From Candidatus Latescibacterota bacterium (GTDB taxonomy: Bacteria; Latescibacterota; UBA2968; GCA-2709665), in the NCBI GenBank assembly GCA_963667175.2, contig CAXXXF010000007.1, positions 140,796 to 204,795 of the forward strand: a DNA stretch of 64,000 bases, in the 5' to 3' direction. The notes under the pieces are model-generated. The model ran no database searches. It saw only the letters and a list, made by a program, of their open reading frames with translations, and was not told the origin of the DNA. Numbering within the stretch: position 1 is the stretch's first letter; each line of letters begins with the position of its first letter. Of this stretch, positions 1-11,170 are shown piece after piece. The translations under genes and the position numbers were made by a program.

Positions 1-715
1 CTTCCTCGTCGCCCAACCCGAAATAGAGCCGCAGCACTTCTGCTTCCCGCGCATCGAGTGTTTCAAGGACCATCCTGACCTGATCCTTGACGGACTCGTC
101 GACCACTTCAAGGTCCGGCGCCTTTTGAGAGCTGTCCGGCAGAATGTGCAGCAGGCTGTGGTCGTCGTCGTCCTTGAACGACGCATCGAGCGACCAGACA
201 TCCCGTGCCCTGAGGAGGGTATCCTGCACCATGTCCACCGAGACGCCGAGCTTTTCAGCGATCGTCTCGGGATCGGGATCGGCCTCTTCAGATTGCCGAA
301 TCTCTCGCGACACCTTCGCGATATTGTGCAACAGATCGATTCGGTTTATAGGTAACCGGACCACGCGGGAATCCTGCGCAAGACTTTGATGGATGGCCTG
401 GCGGATCCACCAGACCGCGTAGGATATGAACTTGAACCCGCGCGTCCCGTCAAATCTTTCCGCGGCCGTCATCAGACCCATGTTTCCCGCACTGATGAGA
501 TCGGCCAATGGCACGCCATGGTTCTGATACTCCCTGGCGACGCTGACGACGAAACGGAGATTCGATGCAACCAGCCTGTCCCTGGCCCGCTGGTCTCCCT
601 TCCGGATCCGGTGCGCGAGCGCAATCTCGGTCTCGGCAGTCAGCGGTTCCGAAGAAGCGATATCCCTGAGGTAGAGGTCCAGAGATTCGCTATCCTGAAT
701 CATGATTCCAGCCAC
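1..715 (-). CDS. Sigma-70 family RNA polymerase sigma factor, RpoD/RpoS-like, lacking region 1.1 (3' end runs off the window)
   Basis: Manual translation from GTG at 715 (GGAGG upstream): MIQDSESLDLYLRDI...LVASNLRFVVSVAREYQNHGVPLADLISAGNMGLMTAAERFDGTRGFKFISYAVWWIRQAI, which covers regions 1.2 and 2.1-2.4. Absent from the ORF track because it is truncated. Confidence 0.95.
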   Translation of the reverse strand, partial: MAGIMIQDSESLDLYLRDIASSEPLTAETEIALAHRIRKGDQRARDRLVASNLRFVVSVAREYQNHGVPLADLISAGNMGLMTAAERFDGTRGFKFISYAVWWIRQAIHQSLAQDSRVVRLPINRIDLLHNIAKVSREIRQSEEADPDPETIAEKLGVSVDMVQDTLLRARDVWSLDASFKDDDDHSLLHILPDSSQKAPDLEVVDESVKDQVRMVLETLDAREAEVLRLYFGLGDEE

Positions 716-753
716 GGTCCGACCTCCAGAGTATTAGTGTGCGTTATCCACGT

Positions 754-1302
754 TTACGTCGTCAAAACGTGCGCCCTGAGCGCCTCCGGCATCGCGCCGT
801 GCAGGCGCATCTGCCGCATCAGCAGACCGTTCATCTCCTCTGCCGAACGGGACATGAGAAACGTTGCGGTGAAATCTTCATGGAACAGCCTGCACAAATA
901 GCCCAGGAGGGGCAGATATCTTATGTCGCCCTCCCCGGGTACCGACACAAGGCAGATGAGTCGAACCGGCTCCCGGTGCGTCTCCGAGTGAAAATCGACG
1001 CCGCCCGGAGAAATGCCCAGCGCCATACCCAGATGCGCAGCCGAACCGCAACGGGCATGGGGAAAAGCAATCCCGTTCCCGACCGCGGTGCTCTCCAGGT
1101 CTTCTCTGTCCAGAACCGACTGCAGGAACCGCAGACTGTCGGTCACGTACCCCGATGCGTGCAGCCGGTCGACAAGCGCCTTGATTGCGCCCATACGGTC
1201 GCGGGGCGCCAGGCTTGCGACCATCGTCGCCGGATGGAAGCCGACCACGCCGCTCAAGTCCGTTTCCCATTCACTGCTGTAGTAGAATTTTGACAGCGCC
1301 AT
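754..1302 (-). CDS. PTS EIIA-like protein (fructose/mannitol/Ntr type)
   Basis: Motif VLDREDLESTAVGNGIAFPHAR with the phospho-His; GVDF...PVRLICL. Confidence 0.9.
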   Translation of the reverse strand: MALSKFYYSSEWETDLSGVVGFHPATMVASLAPRDRMGAIKALVDRLHASGYVTDSLRFLQSVLDREDLESTAVGNGIAFPHARCGSAAHLGMALGISPGGVDFHSETHREPVRLICLVSVPGEGDIRYLPLLGYLCRLFHEDFTATFLMSRSAEEMNGLLMRQMRLHGAMPEALRAHVLTT

Positions 1303-1537
1303 GTTGTATTTCGCGTACGCGGGGGTTAAGAATCCGAACAGACGGGGTCGATTTTATCCGCATCGAATTGCAGGGGATGAGCCCGGCATGACGCCAAGTG
1401 CAATTTGTGCAGATTGTTCGACTTGAACCGTCAGTCGCCACATGACAAAAAATGCTCGATAACCAACGCAAAGTTCGCGGTTTTGATAAAAACCTAACGT
1501 ATCAGAGATTCCAATGGAATGGTCGCCATAGACTTTA

Positions 1538-1553
1538 AGCAACTTTAATGCCA
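1538..1553 (-). promoter_or_regulatory. Sigma-54 (-24/-12) promoter facing the PTS-IIA and sigma factor genes
   Basis: Minus strand reads TGGCAT-TAAAG-TTGCT, matching TGGCAC-N5-TTGCW with correct GG-N10-GC spacing. Confidence 0.8.
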
Positions 1554-1651
1554 GATTTCTCGAAAAAAACATAAATGATTAATATTAAAAAACTTGCGCC
1601 CGCCGATTCCAGACGCCGGGCGCGACAGACTTGTCTCACTTTGCCAGATAA

Positions 1652-1697
1652 CGCAAATTTTGCATCCGAAAATCCGACAGATTGCGCAAATTTTGCA
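1652..1697. promoter_or_regulatory. Paired enhancer (UAS) sites for a sigma-54 activator
   Basis: Two identical near-palindromic 13-mers CGCAAATTTTGCA at 1652-1664 and 1685-1697, 33 bp apart and about 100-145 bp upstream of the -24 box; an AT-rich IHF-like tract lies between (1563-1595). Confidence 0.7.
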
Positions 1698-1747
1698 GCA
1701 GGGCGCGGCCGGGGCGCCGAATAAACCGGATGCGCAGTCTCTCCTGC

Positions 1748-3109
1748 TCAGGAGCCGAGGCTGTATTTCTTGATCTTGTAATGCAGGGCCCGGACGCTGA
1801 TACCCAGCACGCGGGCGGCTTCCTGACGGTTGGACGTGACGTGTGCCAGCGTGTTTTCGATCAGAAGGCGTTCCGTTTCCTCTATTGAGGTACTCAGTGG
1901 AATGACGAGATTCTTCGGAACCGGAGCGGACGCACGGACGCCCGAGGGGAGACGTTGAGGACCGACCTCGGTCTCCGGACACGTCACGACGATCCGTTCC
2001 ACGGTGTTTTTTAACTCCCGGACGTTTCCCGGCCAGGCGTAGTTCAGTATCATCCGCATCGTGTCCGGCAAAAACCGTTTCCTGGGTTTGCGATGTGACG
2101 CGCAAAGTTCATCCAGAAAGGTCTCCACAAGCAGCGGAATATCCTCTTTGCGGTCCTTCAGTTGCGGAAGCCGAATGGGAACGACGTTGATCCTGTAATA
2201 CAGATCTTCCCGGAAACGACCCTCCTTCAATTCCTGATCCAGGTTTCTGTTCGTGGCGAATATGATCCGCACGTCGGCCCTTGTGGACACGCTGCTGCCG
2301 ACCGGTGTATATACCTTCTCCTCCAGAACCCTCAGAAGGTCCACCTGGTTGGCCAGTGGAATCTCACCGACTTCGTCCAGGAACAGCGTGCCGGCCTCCG
2401 CGGCGGCGAACCGGCCCGGCACGTCGGCGTGGGCGCCCGTAAACGCACCCTTGACGTGACCGAACAACTCACGTTCGAACAACGTTTCCGGAACGGCGCC
2501 GCAATTCACGGCCACGAGGGGACCCTCGCGGCGGCTGCTCCGCTGGTGGATCGCCCGGGCCACAAGCTCCTTGCCCGTGCCGGTGTCGCCCATCACCAGT
2601 ACGGGCACATCCGTTATTGCAGCTTGTGCCAGCGTTTCGCAGACCTGCCGCATGGCCGGACTCCGGTTCACGATCTCTCCGAAAGCCTCGGTCGATCCCA
2701 GCCAGGCCCGCAGTTCCTTGTTTTCCGCGACCAGAGCCTGATGCTCGAGGAGATGCTGCAGGGAGAGGTGCAGGCGTTTGAGATCCACCGGCTTCGCCAG
2801 GTAATCATACGCACCCAGGCGCATGGCGTCTACCGCCGTGGATACCTCACCAAAGGCGGTAATCATGATAACGCCGGTATCGGGGCTGGTTTTCTTCAGA
2901 CGCTTCAACAGGCCAATCCCGTCGATTCCCGGCATCTTCAGATCCAGAATGGCCGCATGGTAAACTCGCGCACTCAGACGTTCGGACGCTTCCACGCCAT
3001 TATATGCGACTTCGACCGAATACCCGACGTTCGTCAAGGACTCTTTAAGTCCCTCGCATATGTGGTATTCGTCGTCGGCAACGAAGATCCTGATATCTTT
3101 GGTTTCCAT
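1748..3109 (-). CDS. Sigma-54-dependent response regulator (NtrC family: REC, AAA+, Fis-type HTH)
   Basis: REC DLKMPG; Walker A GDTGTGKE; GAFTGA; Walker B FLDEVGE; FREDLYYRINV; WPGNVREL; C-terminal HTH. Confidence 0.97.
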   Translation of the reverse strand: METKDIRIFVADDEYHICEGLKESLTNVGYSVEVAYNGVEASERLSARVYHAAILDLKMPGIDGIGLLKRLKKTSPDTGVIMITAFGEVSTAVDAMRLGAYDYLAKPVDLKRLHLSLQHLLEHQALVAENKELRAWLGSTEAFGEIVNRSPAMRQVCETLAQAAITDVPVLVMGDTGTGKELVARAIHQRSSRREGPLVAVNCGAVPETLFERELFGHVKGAFTGAHADVPGRFAAAEAGTLFLDEVGEIPLANQVDLLRVLEEKVYTPVGSSVSTRADVRIIFATNRNLDQELKEGRFREDLYYRINVVPIRLPQLKDRKEDIPLLVETFLDELCASHRKPRKRFLPDTMRMILNYAWPGNVRELKNTVERIVVTCPETEVGPQRLPSGVRASAPVPKNLVIPLSTSIEETERLLIENTLAHVTSNRQEAARVLGISVRALHYKIKKYSLGS

Positions 3110-3254
3110 GTCTATCCGTCCATGTGTCCGTTACGTTCGGTCGCGTGCGGCCGGCATCCGCCGTGGTGACGCAAAATCAAGACCGTTCGTGCGAGTCCGC
3201 GGAAGCCGACCCCGAACTCGGAGCGAATCGGTACCGTTCTCCGGCGCCGGACCG

Positions 3255-4328
3255 CTAACGCCGGGGTTCGGCGGTGGGCAAATGAACCCTGAAAACGGCG
3301 CCCTTTCCCGCTTCGCTCTCCACCTCGACGTGGCCCCGATGCTGAAAGATGATCTGCTGGGCGATGGAGAGCCCGAGGCCGGTTCCTTCATCACGAGTTG
3401 TATAATAGAACTCGAAAATCCGATCGACTTCCTCGTCCGGAATCCCGCGTCCGGTATCCGAAATCGAGAGGCAGACCTGACGTCCGTCGGAATCCAACCG
3501 CGTCCGGGCGGAGAGTTCCCCGCCCGACGTCATGGCCTGGAACGCATTTACCGTCATGTTCAGGACGGCCTGGCCCAGTTGACTTTCATCTCCATCCACC
3601 GCGGGAAGACCTTCAAGGAGATCCAGATTCAGCCGAATGCCCCGTTCGCGAGCCTCCGGTGAGACCAGGTCGAAAACGTGCTGCACCACGCTGTTGAGGC
3701 TTATCCGCTGCAGATCCAGCCTCGGGGTTCTGCTAAACCTCAGGAAATTGTGTACAATCCGGTCAAGCCGCTTCATTTCCATCTGCGCAATATTGAGCCT
3801 GCGATAGACACGGCCCCTCAATCCCTGTTCCGCGTCCTTAAGGTCATCTTCCAGGAGCTGCAGTTGAATGTCCACCGCGCCCAGCGGGTTCCGGACCTCG
3901 TGAGCGACGGATGCAGCCAGGCGCCCGAGCGCGCTCATCTTTTCCTCCTGGTACATCCCCCACTCCATCCGTTTCAGGGCCGAAACGTCCTGCACAACCA
4001 GAACCACTCCCTGGCCCGTATCCGCGTTCAGGCACGACGTGGTAGCACCCAATCGACGCATTCCACCCTCTTCCTGCTGCAATATCACGTCTTTCGGTTC
4101 ATGACACAGACTCCCTCCAAACCCGGCCTTCAGAATCTTCAGCAGTTCGGGATGCCCGTCAAACAGCTCGTCGACGCTGCGGCCGATCACGTCGCGCTCC
4201 GCCAGTCCCAGCAGGCAAATCGACGCCCCGTTGGCCAACACGGCACGACGACGACGGTCGAACGCGATTACGCCTTCATTCAGGCCCTCCAGCAACTCGA
4301 TGCTGTATTCCGCGGCAGATTTCGCCAT
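3255..4328 (-). CDS. Cytoplasmic PAS-domain sensor histidine kinase
   Basis: N-terminal PAS; H-box AHEVRNPL; N, G1 (DTGRGI) and G2 (GTGLGL) boxes; no transmembrane segment. Start taken at ATG 4328 of the longer ORF. Confidence 0.93.
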   Translation of the reverse strand: MAKSAAEYSIELLEGLNEGVIAFDRRRRAVLANGASICLLGLAERDVIGRSVDELFDGHPELLKILKAGFGGSLCHEPKDVILQQEEGGMRRLGATTSCLNADTGQGVVLVVQDVSALKRMEWGMYQEEKMSALGRLAASVAHEVRNPLGAVDIQLQLLEDDLKDAEQGLRGRVYRRLNIAQMEMKRLDRIVHNFLRFSRTPRLDLQRISLNSVVQHVFDLVSPEARERGIRLNLDLLEGLPAVDGDESQLGQAVLNMTVNAFQAMTSGGELSARTRLDSDGRQVCLSISDTGRGIPDEEVDRIFEFYYTTRDEGTGLGLSIAQQIIFQHRGHVEVESEAGKGAVFRVHLPTAEPRR

Positions 4329-4459
4329 GACGGCTCTCCCGTCGGCTGCATTCCGGTCCAACAGTCCGCTGAAAAAGTCGCTCTGCAGGCGAGGTCGAGT
4401 CGTTGTGGCCGAAGACACGGCGCGTAACCGACTCGAGTCCCTGGATTCGGGGAAGGATC

Positions 4460-4540
4460 GCCTGCCTGCTACAGGCAGGCAACGCCGTATTTCGGTCGCA
4501 AGGGCCGGACGCCTGCCTGCGTGCGAACGCACAGGCAGGC
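4460..4540. repeat. Pair of REP-like palindromes
   Basis: GCCTGCCTG-cta-CAGGCAGGC (4460-4480) and GCCTGCCTG-cgtgcgaacgca-CAGGCAGGC (4511-4540) share identical arms. Confidence 0.7.
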
Positions 4541-4982
4541 AGCCCGGATGGACTTTGTCGACGGGCTGTTAACGTATGCATCCCATCTCCAAAAGGCAAG
4601 ACCGATTCTCTGTCAGAACGGCACGACCCGACGGAGGTTCCAGCCGGGCGCCACTGAAGGAACCCGCCCGATCCGGCGCCGACGTTCATACGCACAACTT
4701 CTTCAGCAGGAACGAGTTGAAACGCGCTTTGGTTCTCGTGGCGAAGGAGGTTCAGACGCAGGACAGCTGAACCTGGCCCTCGTCGATTTCGACCTCGAAG
4801 ACGAACGTTCCCTTTGCGACGCGGACGTGCGCGGACTCCGCGAGACGGGGAGGCGAAGACCGAAAACGGCGCCGGACGACCCGGCTGTTTACGGGTCCGT
4901 TTCGTTCGCTCCGACAAGGGATCGATCCCGTGTAACAACCGGTTGTTATTTTCTCTATCTTTAGAAAAAATAAAGAAAAAAC

Positions 4983-5011
4983 TTGACAACACTCACGTCT
5001 TGGTTTACTTT
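4983..5011 (+). promoter_or_regulatory. Sigma-70 promoter upstream of rho
   Basis: TTGACA-17 bp-TACTTT preceded by an A-rich UP-like tract. Confidence 0.7.
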
Positions 5012-5241
5012 TTCGGTGGTATTCTTCAACTTCCTTCCCACTTTTTCACCGCACACAACCAGACGGCTCCTCGCTTCAGGCATCCCTGGTTACCCGGACT
5101 TCCTCGAACCGCCTCCTTTTGTCAGACACATCCGATTCACGTTTCCGCCGGTTTCTCCGGCCGGCCGAATCCGGCCAGAATCCCCGAAAGATCAACCGTC
5201 CGTATCATGTATTCCGCAATTTCAGCAAATTGGATTCGCCA

Positions 5242-6549
<1,308 letters not shown>

Positions 6550-6640
6550 AACCGCCCGTACAGGGGCTACCCGCCGGACCGATTCGCCTCCGCGGACTGA
6601 CGCCGCCCGCGATCCGGCGCTCCCCTCGCATGTTGAAATC

Positions 6641-6669
6641 TTGCGTACGGATTCTGTTTTGTATATATT
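6641..6669 (+). promoter_or_regulatory. Putative sigma-70 promoter for rpmE
   Basis: TTGCGT-17 bp-TATATT. Confidence 0.55.
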
Positions 6670-6720
6670 TACGTTTCTGAGTTCATCGTCGACTTCAACG
6701 AATCAGAGGACGTTTACCAG

Positions 6721-6978
6721 GTGAAACCGAATATTCATCCCGATTACGTCGAAACCACCATTACCTGCGCCTGTGGAAATACGCTGACGACCCAGGCGAC
6801 CGTGCCCGGCCTTCGGGTGGACATCTGCTCCAACTGTCATCCGTTTTACACGGGCAAGCAACGACTGGTGGACACCGCGGGTATGGTGGAGCGATACCGG
6901 CGGCGATACAATATGAACGACGCGGAAGCAGGCGAAGATCCGAGTCCCACGAAAGCGCCGGAAGCCGCCGTAGATTAG
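6721..6978 (+). CDS. rpmE: 50S ribosomal protein L31, zinc-binding type
   Basis: MKPNIHPDY...CACG...[14 protein letters not shown]. Confidence 0.98.
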   Translation: MKPNIHPDYVETTITCACGNTLTTQATVPGLRVDICSNCHPFYTGKQRLVDTAGMVERYRRRYNMNDAEAGEDPSPTKAPEAAVD

Positions 6979-7000
6979 CAAACCATATTTTTGGAAAACC

Positions 7001-7056
7001 AGGTGAAACGGCATCGTCCACCCGCCGGTGGCCGCGCGTACCGCTTCGCCTTTTTT
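7001..7056 (+). terminator. Terminator-like stem-loop between rpmE and prfA
   Basis: AGGTGAAACGG...CCGCTTCGCCT arms followed by a T tract. Confidence 0.5.
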
Positions 7057-7111
7057 GTTGTCTGTCGTGAGGGCGCAGGCCTGCCAAATGAAAAACTGAT
7101 GAGGGAGTTGC

Positions 7112-8200
7112 ATGTTCGGTCAACTGTCAGACGTGGAAAGACGTTTCGAAGAGATCCGTGCGGAAATGGCGCGGCCCGACGTGGCTGCCGATCCCGATAG
7201 ATTCAGGGAACTCACGATGGCGTTTCGCGGTCTGGAAGAAATCGTCAACACCTATCGCGAATACCGGCAAGTCGCGGCGAACCTGGCGGAAGCGGGAGAA
7301 ATCATCCGGGACTCGAACGACGCCGAGCTTGTTGAAATCGCCCGGGAGGAACACGCCGAACTCGAGCGCGATGAAGCCAGACTCGCCGGGAGACTTCAAT
7401 TCCTCCTGATCCCCAGAGACCCCAACGACAGCAAAAACACAATCGTGGAGATCCGTGCGGGCGCCGGGGGCGACGAGGCGGCCCTGTTTGCCGCCGATCT
7501 GTACAGGATGTACGCCCGCTACTCCGAATCGAAGGGATGGCGCGCCGAACTCCTCAATGCCAACCCGACGGGCATCGGCGGGTTCAAGGAGGTCATCTTC
7601 TCGGTTGGTGGAAGCGACGTCTACGGCAATCTGAAGTACGAAAGCGGCGTCCACCGGGTGCAGCGGATTCCCGAGACCGAATCCAGCGGTCGCATTCACA
7701 CGTCCACTTCCACGGTTGCTGTCCTGCCGGAGGCGGAAGAAGTGGATATCGCAATCAAACCGGAAGAGATACGCGTTGACGTCTACCGTTCCTCGGGGCC
7801 GGGAGGCCAGAGCGTCAATACGACAGATTCCGCCGTCCGAATTACGCACCTGCCCACCGGCCTGATCGTACAATGCCAGGATGAGAAGTCCCAGCACAAG
7901 AACAAGGCCAAAGCGATCAAGGTTCTCCGCGCCCGGCTCCTGGACCGCGCCGTGCAGGAGCAACGGGACACAACGTCGCGAAACCGGCGGGCTCAGGTGG
8001 GCACGGGGGACCGAAGCGCTAAGATTCGCACCTACAATTTTCCCCAGGGCCGGGTCACCGACCACCGGATCAAACTGACGTTGCACAAGCTCGAAGAGAC
8101 GCTCGGGGGCGACCTGGACGAACTCATCAACGCCCTGCGCCTGGCCGACCATACCGAAAAAATCAAAGACATCGAACAGAAGCCCGCCATTTCCGCCTGA
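7112..8200 (+). CDS. prfA: Peptide chain release factor 1
   Basis: GGQ motif, PxT (PET) specificity motif, EIRAGAGGDEA, RTYNFPQGRVTDHRI. Confidence 0.99.
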   Translation: MFGQLSDVERRFEEIRAEMARPDVAADPDRFRELTMAFRGLEEIVNTYREYRQVAANLAEAGEIIRDSNDAELVEIAREEHAELERDEARLAGRLQFLLIPRDPNDSKNTIVEIRAGAGGDEAALFAADLYRMYARYSESKGWRAELLNANPTGIGGFKEVIFSVGGSDVYGNLKYESGVHRVQRIPETESSGRIHTSTSTVAVLPEAEEVDIAIKPEEIRVDVYRSSGPGGQSVNTTDSAVRITHLPTGLIVQCQDEKSQHKNKAKAIKVLRARLLDRAVQEQRDTTSRNRRAQVGTGDRSAKIRTYNFPQGRVTDHRIKLTLHKLEETLGGDLDELINALRLADHTEKIKDIEQKPAISA

Positions 8201-8235
8201 TGCCGACCCGGTCCGGGGGCTTCGACGGGAAGAAC

Positions 8236-9111
8236 ATGATCGGACGTTTCACTCCGCCTACCGTCTCCGACGTCCTCGCCAGCGTGGAGCGCAGCCTCGC
8301 GGAGGCCGGTGTGCCGGATCCTCGCGCGGACGCCGAGTGGCTGCTTGCCGCGGTTCTGAAGACCGGGCGTTCCGGCATCTATACGAATGCGCGTGCCCGG
8401 CTAACGCCGGGGCAGCATACACGCCTTCAAGACCATGTTCGTCGACGGCGCCTGCGTGTGCCGCTTCAGCACCTGCTGGGCGAGACCGAATTCTTCTCCC
8501 TGCCGTTCCACGTCGGCCCCGACGCGCTCATTCCCCGGCCCGAAACCGAGATTCTGGTAGAAACGCTTGTCGACTGCCTGGATGCCGACACCGGAGCACG
8601 TATTCTGGATATCGGCGCCGGCGCCGGTCCCATCGCCGTCGCGCTTGCGCATGCGCTTCCCAAGAGCCGTCTGATCGCAACCGACGTTTCTCCAAAAGCC
8701 CTTCGGCTGGCGGCCCGCAATGCCTGTCGCAACGATGTGCTGCAACGGGTCGCCTTCGTCTGTGCAGACCTCCTTACCGCGTTCCGAACCCGCGCCGTAT
8801 TCCACGCGATTGTCTCGAACCCACCTTACGTCGCATCCCGCGACCTGCGGGCGCTTCAGCCCGAAGTCCGATGCTTCGACCCGCCGCTCGCACTGGATGG
8901 CGGCCCGGACGGGCTGGCCTTCCACCGCTCGATCGTCGCGCGGGCGCCGGCGCTCCTCTACAACGGCGGCTGGCTGGCTCTCGAAGTGGCCGACGGCGCC
9001 GCTGCCGACGTGGCGCAATTGCTGGCGGATGCCCCCGGACTCAGCCATGAACGGACTGTCCCGGACCTGACGGGAACAGAACGCGTCCTGCTGGCGAGAA
9101 AACGCACGTAG
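8236..9111 (+). CDS. prmC: Release factor glutamine methyltransferase
   Basis: LIPRPETE, DIGAGAG, SNPPY, ALDGGPDGL; follows prfA; start could be 8200 or 8236. Confidence 0.96.
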   Translation: MIGRFTPPTVSDVLASVERSLAEAGVPDPRADAEWLLAAVLKTGRSGIYTNARARLTPGQHTRLQDHVRRRRLRVPLQHLLGETEFFSLPFHVGPDALIPRPETEILVETLVDCLDADTGARILDIGAGAGPIAVALAHALPKSRLIATDVSPKALRLAARNACRNDVLQRVAFVCADLLTAFRTRAVFHAIVSNPPYVASRDLRALQPEVRCFDPPLALDGGPDGLAFHRSIVARAPALLYNGGWLALEVADGAAADVAQLLADAPGLSHERTVPDLTGTERVLLARKRT

Positions 9112-9139
9112 CGGACACCCCTCCCTCCAACACATCTCC

Positions 9140-9168
9140 TTGACCCCCAAATTGCCGGTCGCTATATT
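9140..9168 (+). promoter_or_regulatory. Putative sigma-70 promoter
   Basis: TTGACC-17 bp-TATATT upstream of the lyase-like gene. Confidence 0.6.
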
Positions 9169-9258
9169 AGCGCAGGAAACCGCGAAAAAACAGGCCTCGA
9201 GACCATGTGCTGGCGGCGACCCGGGGCACCTGCCCGGTCCCGGATCTCAGGAGCATTG

Positions 9259-11130
9259 ATGACCGTTCCCGACGTCGATCGTCTCATTCCCGAAACGCTG
9301 GAACGTCCGTACCTCTACTTCTCCGGCTCCGACCTGGAACGCATTCGGGAGTTCTGCCTGGACGGCTCCCACGCGGAGGTTTACACACAGACGCGCAAGC
9401 GACTCGACGCCCGACTGGATCAACCGTTCCCGACGCCGCCTCCCAGAGAGGAAAGCTACCGGAACGGCGTCTGGGAATCGTACAGCCGGCTGTCCGCCGA
9501 GGCCCGGAACCTCCTGGAAGACTATGTACTGGCCTATACGGTCGACCGGAACCCGGCCTACTTCGAAAAGGCATGGGAAGGCCTCGCTTCAATCATGAGT
9601 TGGCCTTCGTGGGTCCACCCGGTCCACGAATTCATGCTTCTGGATCTGGACGGCAGCCATACCTGTGCGAGTTTCGCGGCCGCGTACGACCTGCTCTACG
9701 ATGCGCTTTCCGAAAATCAGCGCCGCGAGCTCGAATTCATGATCTTCGCGCGTGGACTGGGCCATTGCATCGGGGGCATGCAACACCATTTCTGGGCGTC
9801 GAGATACGACAGCAACTGGTGTTCCGTGTGCGTCTCCAACATGGGTCTGTGCGCCATGGCCCTGCTCGACGCAAAGCACGTCCATCTTCGGACGGGAGTT
9901 CGCCCTCGTGAAGCCATGCTCGGCGTTGTTCGGGAGTGCGTCGAGCGCGTCACGAAATTTTACGACGCCATTGAGAACGACGGCTCCTGGAAAGAGGGTC
10001 CGGGATACTGGAATTACGGCATCAGTACGTCCTTTCCCTTCTCCGACGCACTCAGGCGACTCACCCGCGGGCAGATCAACCTCTACGATCATCCCAAACT
10101 CCAAAATACGGTCGACTTTCCCATCAACTGCTTTCTCCCGCCCGACCGCGTGGTCAATTTCGCCGACTGCGGCAAACACTTTCCCGCGGGAATGGCCTTC
10201 CGCAAATTCGCGCTTGAATATGACCACCGTGCCGCGGCGCACTTCGACCGGCTCACAACCGATCGCCGGCCGTCCATCAAACTGGCGGAGCTTCTATGGG
10301 ACGCGTCCGGGACCGTTCCGGAACTCCCCTCCCCTCCCCATCCGTCGGCCTACTTTCCCGATGCCGGCTGGTGCGTCATGCGAGGGTCATGGGAGGATCC
10401 CGACGCCCCGGTCCTGGCGTTGAAGATCGGCGCGACGGTCGAGCCCCACGGCCACGCCGACGTTGGAAACTACATAATCCACGCCGGCCAGAGAACCGTC
10501 GTGCGCGAACTGGGCATCGGGCGCTACGGGGACCCCGGCGAATGGATCTTCAAATCGACCCACGGTCACAATCTGCCGCTCTTCGACGGGCAGGGTCAAC
10601 CCGATGAACGACGCCTTGTCGGAACCGTGGAAACTGTTGAATTCACCGGTACGCACGATACGCTCAGGGCTTCCATCGCCCCGGCTTACGGCATCGACAA
10701 ACTGCCGGTCTTTGTCCGTCATTACGTCTTCCTGCGACCCGTGCACTTTATCGTCATCGACGAGATCGAAGTGACGGACACGACACGAATGGAATCCCGA
10801 ATTCACGTTTCCGGGACGGCACAGGTCTCGGGTTCGTCGGCCATGATCGCGGCGGCAGAACCTGTAGTGAACGCCCGGCTGCTGACCCCGTCGGGCGCCG
10901 TGTTCGCCACGGGTAGACACAAGGACCTGAAACCCGGGCACGGCGACGCCGAGAGTCTGGAAGTCGAATATCTCAAAATCGAGACCGAACTGAAGCCCGG
11001 ACGCGCCAGGTTCGCCGTCGCCTTCGGCATTGACTGTGATACGGCAGACGTGGCGTTGCGATACGCCGACGGCCACATCACCGTCTCCAGCCCGAACCAC
11101 GCACTCAGCCTCGTCTCGGCACTGGTCTAA
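9259..11130 (+). CDS. Heparinase II/III-like (oligo)saccharide lyase family protein
   Basis: Helical N-domain with SNW and DGSWKEGPGYWNYG; beta domain with HGHAD and STHGHN; AGGAG RBS; no signal peptide. Confidence 0.8.
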   Translation: MTVPDVDRLIPETLERPYLYFSGSDLERIREFCLDGSHAEVYTQTRKRLDARLDQPFPTPPPREESYRNGVWESYSRLSAEARNLLEDYVLAYTVDRNPAYFEKAWEGLASIMSWPSWVHPVHEFMLLDLDGSHTCASFAAAYDLLYDALSENQRRELEFMIFARGLGHCIGGMQHHFWASRYDSNWCSVCVSNMGLCAMALLDAKHVHLRTGVRPREAMLGVVRECVERVTKFYDAIENDGSWKEGPGYWNYGISTSFPFSDALRRLTRGQINLYDHPKLQNTVDFPINCFLPPDRVVNFADCGKHFPAGMAFRKFALEYDHRAAAHFDRLTTDRRPSIKLAELLWDASGTVPELPSPPHPSAYFPDAGWCVMRGSWEDPDAPVLALKIGATVEPHGHADVGNYIIHAGQRTVVRELGIGRYGDPGEWIFKSTHGHNLPLFDGQGQPDERRLVGTVETVEFTGTHDTLRASIAPAYGIDKLPVFVRHYVFLRPVHFIVIDEIEVTDTTRMESRIHVSGTAQVSGSSAMIAAAEPVVNARLLTPSGAVFATGRHKDLKPGHGDAESLEVEYLKIETELKPGRARFAVAFGIDCDTADVALRYADGHITVSSPNHALSLVSALV

Positions 11131-11170
11131 CCGACGGCACACCCACAACGGTCTCACACCCATCCGGCCC

